Under the pieces are notes generated by a model. That model ran no database searches. It was not told the origin of the DNA and was given only the letters and a program-made list of their open reading frames with translations. A program made the translations under genes and the position numbers. 64,000 bases of DNA from Eledone cirrhosa (taxonomy: Eukaryota), in NCBI GenBank assembly GCA_964016885.1, contig OZ024752.1:19654001-19718000 (forward strand), given 5' to 3'. Of the stretch, positions 53,828 through 64,000 are shown one piece after another. Numbering within the stretch: the first letter of the stretch is position 1; each line of letters starts with the position of its first letter.

Positions 53828-55408
53828 ATTTTTTATTTGCCACAAGGGCGCAAAAGATGGGGACAAATACAATTGGGGAGTTTACATACAAGGCGTATAA
53901 AAATGTATAACAAAAATAATGAATAAGACAAACGAAATCCCCAATAGGGAGGAGGCGTTACAAGTGGGTTGCACACACCCCGAAAAAAATATACAACCCT
54001 CATCTCCAGGAGCACGAAGAGCGAGCACTCCTCTCTTCTCTTCCTCTTCTTCCTCGACCTACAGGCTTATATAGAGAGAAAGCCCAACCACTCGAGCCAT
54101 CCTTGCAACATTCACCCACCTTTCGTAAAATTTTCTGGGGTGCAGCACCTCTCTCTCCACTCTTCTTCTTCTTCTTCTAAAATGATATTTGAAGAAGCGA
54201 ACCAGTTGTTCGCCGGAGAGAAAGGTGTTTGACCTCAATCCTTTCTGTCTCGTCCACCATATAGCCTCTTTCACCATAGCCATTACACAGAGGAAAACCG
54301 CCTCTCCTTCATTTTTGAAGGAAGGTGGCGGTTTGATCGCAATAATGGACTTGGTGGTCAACCGGATTTGTCCCACCCGCTACAGTAGTCGTTCTGCGTA
54401 GCTCCACAGGTCGGTAACACTTGGGCAGTGTACGAATGCGTGCGCGACGGTTTCCTCGTCCCACGCGCATCTCGGATAGACTTTTTTCGAGGGATCCATG
54501 CCCGGGCGCCCGTGTCTGTAGAGCTTTTCTCGAACGGGTAGAGCTCCTCGGTAGCACTGCCAGGCCAGGGACTTTTGGAAGTTGCCCATCGGTCCCGGGC
54601 GAAAGGTCCTACCGAAAAGACTGGCCAGTTCATCTTCCTCTACGCCTAGAGTTTCTCCGAGAGTGTGGTCGCACTTGCTGCGGACTAACCCTCTATAGAA
54701 TGACGAGGTGGAGTCTCCACTGTTCACCAGGTCCGCTTGCTAGAGGACTGTGAGCGCCTGAGCAAATTCAATGTGCCAGTCACCCATTTTCCTCGGTCTT
54801 TGCTTCACCCAGGACTGTAGCTCGGTCAGCGAGACGAGTCACAGGAAGGCTCGCCTCACGAACGGGGCCCACACCGGTTATTCGGTGAGGAATACTTGGA
54901 GTTGCCGCAGCCTGAGTGCGTGTTTGCGCATCGTCAGCCACGGCATCCCAAGCCCTCCGTTTGAAGGGTGTTGACAGCAGATGGATCTTCTCACCAAAGG
55001 AGCCCGCTTCTTCCAAAGGAATTGGAAGAGCGCGCGCTCCATTTTGGTGAGGATTTTACTTGGACAAGGCACGACGGTCAAGCGGTAGTAGATGACGGAC
55101 GCTATGAAAGTGTTCGCCACCTCCGTCGGAAGGCATCGGTTTGCCTCTCCACGATCCGAGTTGCAAACCGACGGACTTGTCCCGGTTCAGCTTCGCTCCT
55201 GTGAACCTATCGTATTCCTTCAGTAAGGTGCCGACCTCCCGGTTTGCGAGGTGCTCGACACCATTACTGTCACGTCATCGGCGTAGGCCGACGCCGATTT
55301 TCGCAGTCCCGGTTCCAACGGGATACCCTGCAGTAGCTCCAACTTCCGCAGTAGTGGCTTGAGAGTCAGTACGTACAGAAGGGATGAGAGAGGGCATCCC
55401 TGTCGGAT
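53828..55408 (-). mobile_element. 5'-truncated Tx1/L1-clade LINE, same family as 13013-16920, with ~158-bp internal deletion
   Basis: Collinear with 13020-14760; intact AYADDV; deletion junction at ~55125; flanked by GATA/GATATAGTTATA repeats. Confidence 0.93.
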
Positions 55409-55483
55409 AGATAGATAGATATAGTTATAGATATATATAGAGATAGCTATAGATATATATAGATAGATAGATATAGATATATA

Positions 55484-55993
55484 CTAGGAGAATGGCCCGG
55501 CGTTGCTCGGGATTCTAAACATAGATTGGCATGTTTATCCCTCCTTTCTGAAACAGTTTCGTCGTATGTTCACCAATTGATGCAGAAGTCCTGATAAAAA
55601 GTGAAGTCGCCTTGGGTGAATAGGCAAATAATTTTCCATTAAGATTTTTTAAAAGCATGTAATTGCGTTCCTTTTCTTTTTCGTTGCTTTTGCTGCTGCC
55701 GAGCCTCGTGAAATAAAAACGTTTGTTTATATTTTGTTATTGCGTATGCAAAAATATCTGTACACGAATATATAATTATATATATATAAGAAGTAAGTAA
55801 GTTAATTTTTTAGAAAAAAAATTTTTTTAAAGAAATTTTCTTATTTTACGTCTTATATATTATTGTTCTGCATTCTCCTGCATTGAACCACCTAGGTACT
55901 ATGACATAACCTGTGTATTTGCTGGCATTGGCGTACATCTGTGCGCTTATGTTAGTAGATATATTAAATTATCTATAATTATATATATATATA

Positions 55994-56039
<46 letters not shown>

Positions 56040-56505
56040 TATATATATATATAATTATATATATATATATATAATTATATATATATATAATTATATATAT
56101 ATATATAATTATATATATATATATAATTATATATATATATATATAATTATATATATATATATATAATTATATATATATATATATAATTATATATATATAT
56201 AATTATATATATATATATATATATATATAATTATATATATATATAATTATATATATATATATAATTATATATATATATATATAATTATATATATATATAA
56301 TTATATATATATATATATAATTATATATATATATATATATATAATTATATATATATATATATATAATATATATATATATAATTATATAATTATATAATTA
56401 TATATATATAATTATATATATATAATTATATAATTATATATATATAAATTATATAATTATATATATATATATATAATTATATATAATTATATATATATAA
56501 TTATA

Positions 56506-56553
<48 letters not shown>

Positions 56554-56766
56554 TATATATAATTATATATAATTATATATATATATATAATTATATATAT
56601 ATATAATTATATAATTATATATATATATATAATTATATATAATTATATATATATATATAATTATATATATATATAATTATATATATATATAATTTATCTA
56701 TTCCGTTTACCAATATAATTTATATATATATATATATATATACATATATATAATTATATATATATA

Positions 56767-56841
<75 letters not shown>

Positions 56842-58085
56842 TAACAGATTAAAGTTTAAGCAAAGAATCGCTGTTTTCACCCTTAACGGGATCTTCTGAA
56901 ACTAAAAAAATCAATCTGTGAACGCAGAAGTATATATTTCGAAAAACGTTACACTACATATTTATATATATATATATGTTATGGAATACTGTTAGCTTCT
57001 CGCTACAACAATTTCTATACTTTTCATTTATATATATATATATACACACACACTATATATACATATATATACACACAGATAGCGAAGTCAATGTCATAAT
57101 GCAGACAGCCAAACATACAGACATATATTATAAGCACGAAACAGTACAGAGAAGTACTGAATACCTCGGCCTCGGGATGGTGTCTACATTTTGTGCTTTC
57201 GTGAAATAAATACGTTTGTTTATATTTTGTTTTTGTGTATGCAAAAATATCTGTAAACGAATATATAATTATATATACTAGCAGAAAAACCACCCGAAGG
57301 GCTGATTTCTGTTAGCATGTGTAGTGTGTATATTGATATTAAACGCAGGTATATAGACATGTAGATATGGTACATCAAATAAAATCGTAATTGACAATAT
57401 ATAATACATAGAAATTGAACGAAGACTGCGTTACTGTGACTGTCTTATTTAATCAGTAACATAATCCATGATACATTAAAAAAGACGATATTATATATAC
57501 ACTGCATTAGGAGAAAATTAGTATGTTTATTTAAGCGATGGCCAACCGGAAGACATTTCAGAAATTTTAAAGAAGTGAATCTTTAAATAAACAAGTATTA
57601 AAGATTAAAGTATTAAAGATTAAAGTTTAAGCAAAGAATCGCTGTTTTCACCCTTAACGGGATCTTCTGAAACTAAAAAAAATCGATCTGTGAATGCAGA
57701 AGTAAATATTTCGAAAAACGTTGCAACCGAAGGAAAACAGGAAGACGATACTTTGGTTCGTGAAGACGTTCCCTGGCAACGAACGGAAAATAGCGAACAT
57801 AATACGTCAGCAATGAGAAGAATATATATATACACACACTATATGTACATATATATACACACGCACACATAATGTCGTAATGCAGACAGCCAGACATACA
57901 GACAGATATTATAAGGGCGCGACGTTCAGGCGCCTGATGTGGTCCCTAGAGCATGGCAAATTTGAAATATGTTTTGCTCAAAACACTCACACGACCATAA
58001 GTATTACATGTGTAAAGTTTGAAAACAATCGGTTGGGTGGTTCTCGAGTTTTAGGGAGTCAGACATCCTGTTTTAGATATATAGA
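55484..58085 (-). mobile_element. Composite/nested non-autonomous Helitron containing an ~870-bp (TA)/TATAAT tract (55970-56835)
   Basis: Same 3' hairpin+CTAG and 5' TCTATATATCTAAAAC termini as the 42947 copy; internally duplicated modules. Confidence 0.7.
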
Positions 58086-58119
58086 TTAACTTAATTATAA
58101 CATAAATAGAGAAGAAGAA

Positions 58120-59105
58120 TTGGTGGTGGTGGTGGTGGTGGTGTTGGTGGTGATGGTGGTGGTGGTGTTGGTGATGGTAGTGGTGGTGATGGTAGTGTTG
58201 GTGGTGATGGTGGTGGTGGTGTTGGTGATGGTGGTGGTAGTGTTGGTGGTGATGGTGGTGGTGTTTGTGGTGATGGTGGTGATGGTGGTGGTGGTGGTGG
58301 TGATGGTGGTGGTGTTGGTGGTGGTGATGGTTGGTGGTGGTGGTGCTGTTGGTGGTGTTGGTGGTGATGGTGTTGTTGGTGGTGGTGGTGTTAGTGGTGA
58401 TGGTCGTGATGGTGGTGTTGGTGGTGGTGTTGGTGTTGGTGATGGTGGTGGTGATGGTGTTGGTTGTGATGGTGGTAATGGTGGTGATAGTAGTGCTGGT
58501 GGTGTTGGTGGTGATGGAGGTGGTGGTGATGGTGGTGGTGTTGGTGGTGGTGATGGTGGTGATGGTGGTGGTGGTATTGGTGGTGATGGTGGTGTTGGTG
58601 GTGATGGTGGTGATGGTGGTGGTGGTGGTGTTGGTGGTGATGGTGGTGGTGATGGTGGTGGTGTTGGTGGTAGTGGTGGTGGTGTTGGTGGTAGTGATGG
58701 TGTTGGTGATGCTGGTGTTGGTGATGCTGGTGTTGGTGGTGATGGTGTTGGTGATGGTGGTGATGATGGTGCTGGTGGTGGTGTTGGTGGTGATGATGGT
58801 GGTGATGATGGTGGTGTTTGGTGGTGTTGGTGTTGGTAATGGTGATGGTGTTGGTGGTGTTGGTGATGGTGTTGGTGGTGATGGTGGTGTTGATGGTTAT
58901 GGTGGTGATGGTGGTGGTGTTGGTGGAGTTGGTGATGTTGGTGGTGGTGTTGGTGGTGATGGTGTTGTTGATGGTTATGGTGTGATGGTGGTGGTGTTGG
59001 TGGAGTTGGTGATGTTGGTGGTGGTGTTGGTGGTGATGGTGGTGGTGTTGGTGTTGGTGGTGGTGTTGGTGGTGATGGTGGTGGTGTTGCTGGTGATGGT
59101 GGTGG
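58120..59105. repeat. Degenerate (GGT/GAT/GTT)n trinucleotide array
   Basis: About 1 kb of low complexity. Confidence 0.95.
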
Positions 59106-59256
59106 GGCATTCTATGTAACTTTGATTGGTTTATCCAAGAGCAGCAACAACAATGGTTTCTGATTTAGACACAAGGCCAACAATTGTCGGTGAGAAGAAA
59201 ATCGATTAAATCGACCCAGTGCTCTACCGATACTGCCAATCCATTGCCCTCTATAC

Positions 59257-59461
59257 CAGGCATGTCAAACATGCGGCCCGCGGGTCCCATGCGGGCCTTT
59301 ACAAGCACACCTGAGGCCTGCAGAAATGTTTTTACAGCTCGAGCATGTTTTATCTTCGTAAAATGTGTGGTAATATGCGTAATTAGTTATCGTGTGTGGC
59401 CCCCAGACAACACATATCTGACCCATGTGGCATTCAGGGGACCCTCAGTTTCACATGCCTG
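59257..59461. mobile_element. hAT (Charlie-like) MITE with 8-bp TSD CTCTATAC
   Basis: CTCTATAC|CAGGCATGTCAAAC ... GTTTCACATGCCTG|CTCTATAC. Confidence 0.9.
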
Positions 59462-60470
59462 CTCTATACACAGATTTAGTAATAGAAAGAAAAAAGATAG
59501 TTATTTTAGAAAACCATTAAGAATTTTTAATTATTTCAAAAATTAAATCATTAGGAATAATTCTGGAGATAGCAAAATGTGAAGAAAATACGATGGACTG
59601 TAATTTTTGGCCGGAAATAGCTTCCTCGGAAAAAACAAAGAAAAAAGTCAAGCATTTCCTTAAACGTTTAAAAAATGTTTAAAAAGAATATCAATTCCAT
59701 CTAAGAAATTTGGATTGCTTTCAAAATGTTCAAATATGAAATCAAACCTGAGGAAGGAACCCCACAAGGATGTAATGGCTGTTGGAGTGGGCAACCAAGG
59801 ATGTAGGTAAACCTTTCCTCTTCCCCTCCCTTCCTTCCACCCTTATTTTTATGTTTTTCATTTTCTCGTTATATTGTAAGGTAGTGGGTTAGCAGTAACC
59901 GGTAGAGTGTCAGACAATATACATTATATAGCGTTATTTAGTTTCTAGGTTCTCAGTTCAAATCCCGTTCATCCTTACTGAGGTCGATAACACACCGGGA
60001 TCGATATAATCGACTTTCCCTTCAAATTGCTGGACTTGTGCCAAATGTACAAACAATTATCATAAATATATTTTCAATAAAATTAAGCAGAATCATATTT
60101 ATTGATATCAGCAGATAGATGGTCACGTGACAGTGTAATTTAATTCTTTATTTTTTTATCGATTGATTTCTCGAATTATTAACTGGTTGAGAAATATATT
60201 TAAGACTGGTTCAATTAATTATTTTCCTATAAAGATAGATCACTCTCCCCACCCCACACAAGTTCGATATGTTGATTTTATGTCGGGAAAAACATGTACA
60301 TGCTTGTTGTAGATAACAGTTTACATACAACAACAACGACAATAACGACGACGACAACAACAACAACAACAACAACGACAATAACGATGACAACAACAAC
60401 AACAACAACAACGACGACAACGACAACAATAACGACAACGGTTTCTATTTTAAACAGAAGGCCGACAACT

Positions 60471-60633
60471 AATAACCATTCTACCAACACACCGCCTCCC
60501 AATAACCATTCTACCAACACACCGCCTCCCAATAACCATTCTACCAACACACCGCCTCCCAATAACCATTCTACCAACACACCGCCTCCCAATAACCATT
60601 CTACCAACACACCGCCTCCCATTAACCATTTCT
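60471..60633. repeat. 30-bp tandem repeat x5.4
   Basis: AATAACCATTCTACCAACACACCGCCTCCC; preceded by (ACA/ACG)n at 60325-60440. Confidence 0.95.
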
Positions 60634-60840
60634 AATTTAGGCACAAGGCCAACAATTTTGGCGGAGGAGAAGTCAATGAAATCTACCCCAGTACGTTACT
60701 GGTACTTTATTTTATTTACCCCGTAAAGATCAAACACAAAGCTAACCTCGGTGGGATTTGAACTCAGAACGCAAAGGGACGTAACTATATGCCACAAAAC
60801 ATTGTCTGACGCTCTACCGATACTGCCAATCCACCACCCT
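60634..60840 (-). mobile_element. SINE family A (longer variant)
   Basis: Head, core and tail match. Confidence 0.8.
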
Positions 60841-61610
60841 CATCGATAATAATAGTTTCTGATTTAGGCACAAATGCTTCGATTTTGGGGGAGGGAAATT
60901 CGATTATATAGTTGTACTATAAAAGTTCGATGGAAATTAGATGTGAAAATATCCTAAACACAGAGCACCCTCATACGATATCAATATAACTCTAACTGTA
61001 TTTTATAATACTACGATTCGGCTATTAAAATAAGCATCTCCTTGTTCAGATACACTTACCTACCCCAACTTTCTCCAGCAGCCCAGTTTACTACTATGAT
61101 GAGTTCGACCAAATACTACCTTTTGCTTACCGAGTGGGGCGGAACTCGTCAAATCGGACCAAGGAAACAATGTTTCCATTGGTCTTTCCATTGTTGATAC
61201 AATCTATTGGCGGCAACTCCTGGTAGAAAGAGCAATGTGAAATAAAGTGTCCTGCTGAAGGACATATCACATCACCCTGTCTGGGAATCGAACTTGCAAC
61301 CTCATGATTACTAATCCAATTCTCTAACCACGAAACCACGCGCCTTCACACCTTTGTTTATTTCCCTTTTTTATTTACTAGAATTCTTTTCAACACGCTG
61401 ACACGTATGTGTATATGTGTATGCGGGTGTGAGTATGTGCATATGTATACATTTATATGTATGAGTATATAAATATAAACGTGCACACACAAACACACTT
61501 ACAAAAATACACATTCATAGACATACATTCACACAAATACACACACACACTCACACACTGCGTAGCAAATAGAACACCAGCTGCTGTTTTTTCACCATCC
61601 CTTTCCTTCC

Positions 61611-61659
<49 letters not shown>

Positions 61660-62560
61660 GCTTAAATTTATATATAGTTTGGTAAACCGAATGTTTTAAA
61701 GATGGTGTCGATAGCCGGTCTGATTAATTGGGTGTTGTCTGGCTGAAGAAGAAAACATTTAGGGTTTTTTTTATATTTACATAATATGGTCTTTAATCAT
61801 TTTAAAAAGCTGTTATTGATTTTTTTCTCTACATTGATATTGTTAATCAATAGAAATAGTTCGTCCTCGAATGGTTTGTAATAACATGTTGGCTGGTGGA
61901 TATTTCTGAGCTTTAAATCCAAAATAATGTAGTCAGAAATATGGGTACACCAGCCTATTGTTGTTGTAGTAGTAGTAGTGGTAGTAGTGTTAGTTGTTGT
62001 TGTTGTTGTTGTTTGGTGTAGATTTTTAGTGGAATGCAGCATTTTTATGTCGATGTGTTCAATTGGCGAATTGGTAAGATCGTCAGATAGAATGCTTTGC
62101 AGTATTCGTTCTGGCTCTCATTTCTCTGAGTTCAAATCCCGCAGAGGTCAACTTTAATTTTCATCCTTTCGACGTCGATAAAAAAAAGAACCAGTCTGGT
62201 ACTGGGGTCAATTCTTCTTCCTCGTCAAATCGGACCAAGGAAACAATGTTTCCATTGGTCTTTCCATTGCTGATACTATCAATCGGTCGCAAGGGCTGAA
62301 TGAGTTATCAAAAACCAAGTCAATACGTAGTCGGAGTCACATCTTATTTATATACGATTCCATACTTTCAGTGCAGTGTGTACTGGGTGTATTTTATTGT
62401 TGTACCAGTCCTAGGGAGGTTGTTTAGTTGTTTATATCCTTGACACAACTGAACAGTCCATTCGACCTTATTTTGGCATGGTTTCTACAGTTGGGTGTGC
62501 CCTCCCTATTGCCAACAACTTTGAAGAGTGGGTGCATTATATATATCTATATATACTGTA

Positions 62561-62597
<37 letters not shown>

Positions 62598-62672
62598 TGT
62601 ATTTCCCACTCTCAAGCGTGAACCTAATACTAACATTTTGTACTGCACTCTTCGTTATTGTTTTTGTTTTAA

Positions 62673-62751
<79 letters not shown>

Positions 62752-63099
62752 TGACTTCTATTTTCACAACCTACTCAGTAAGCGAATGAGGTTTGGGATC
62801 TTGTCAATCGAACGTTATGCTATCTAAATGATAAGATGATGATAATGACATGAACTGAAATACATCATCGGGATATTCTCTTTTTGCTCATGTTATCTAA
62901 GGTTTTTTTTTTTTTTAAGTATAAAAATGTCGTCTGTTGGCATATCGATGTTGTTTGTTACAGTTGTTTAAAGTGTTCAGCAAGAAGAGCACAATACAGT
63001 TTTCTGTCAATGTTTGTTCAATGTACGAAGCAGACGACAAACTGTGAAGAAGGACAAAACGCAGGATGCTAGGAGTATTATGAAATGAATATGGATAAT

Positions 63100-63270
63100 A
63101 ATTGTTTCTACTTTTTGACACAAGGCCAGCAATTACCCAGTGCATTACTGGTACTTTATTTTATCGACCCCGTAAGGATGAAAGGCAAAGTTAACCTTGG
63201 CGGGATTTGAACACAGACCGTAAAGGGTCGTCGCTATTTGCTACAAAGCATGGCAACCGATACTGCCAAT
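63100..63270 (-). mobile_element. SINE family A
   Basis: Core and tail match. Confidence 0.8.
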
Positions 63271-64000
63271 AGTAGACGTGCAGTTGATATGTAAGAAAAC
63301 AACGTCCGTCAATATGTTTAGGTATAAGAGAAATTAACGTGAAAGGTTGTGAAAATAGGAGTTAGTGTAAAATAAATGTAATAATCACACGAATAAGGTA
63401 AACTACCGAGATAGTTAAATAAAGTTATTGGGTGAGTGGGTGGTATTTTAGGGGGTTGTAGTAGTTTGAGGTAAGATTTTTTAAGTATAAAAATTATCGT
63501 CTGTCGATATATAGATATTGGTTACTTAAAACTTGCAGTTGTTTTAAAGTGGAGTGCAATGTAGTTTTATGTTAACGCTTGGTCAAGGAAGAGGACTCAA
63601 TACAGAATGCCGGATGTATTATATAGTTAATATGTTTAAATACTACACATATATTCCACATAAGAAAACAAGAAATGGACGAGAAATTAGCGTGAAAGGT
63701 TGTGAAAATAGGAGTTACTGAATGTAAATAGAATAATCACACGGATGAAGTTATCGGCATAGTTGTATAAGTTTGATTCTTTTGTATGTATGGTCCCGTG
63801 ATTCCCGAGGGAATCGTATTGACATACGGCGTTTCTAGGGTATTTTTAAACCTGGAGGAACCCATCTCATCTCTAGGTCAAAATACTGTAGAATTCTTCT
63901 AGAGAAGGATAGAGAATGAAAGAATGGAAGTAAGACAGAGATATAAAGGAAGAATCGACCCCCAATACTAGACTGGTGCTTCTTTATCGACCTCGAACTG

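Noticed and set aside
58120-59119. Gly-rich, Val-rich and His-rich ORFs
   Set aside because: They are frames of a degenerate (GGT)n array, with no splice or start context identified.
62880-63760. Partly duplicated segments (62885-63080 vs 63475-63620; 63325-63410 vs 63680-63750)
   Set aside because: Looks like an old diverged tandem duplication with no coding or structural signal.

Overview
Eukaryotic, AT-rich, repeat-dense window. The SINE types, (TA)n/(CA)n abundance and TE mix suggest an octopus/coleoid genome (inference only). Most of the window lies inside a minus-strand DRAM/TMEM150 (Frag1-like) gene that the ORF track misses. Three small coding exons (53626-53696, 26238-26291, 11068-11135) splice in phase to MWGQKLWLLPIVVFIAAPVFFLIT-YAIAVAFKHVDPAFPYIS-DTGTYPPESCVFGQLLNILALL, across introns of about 27.3 and 15.1 kb. 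The introns contain: Tx1/L1-type LINEs, RTE fragments (one with a twin-priming-type inversion), Penelope GIY-YIG remnants with minimal type I hammerhead ribozyme motifs (one remnant inside a ~1.9-kb-arm inverted repeat), a Merlin transposase fossil split by nested insertions, an internally deleted mariner, MITEs, non-autonomous Helitrons, about 25 copies of one tRNA-derived SINE, and several minisatellites. Most notable: intronic hammerheads (two sense to the host pre-mRNA), a SINE 3' end resembling the Tx1 3' end, a spliced uORF overlapping the DRAM start, and a LINE splice acceptor in frame with DRAM exon 2.
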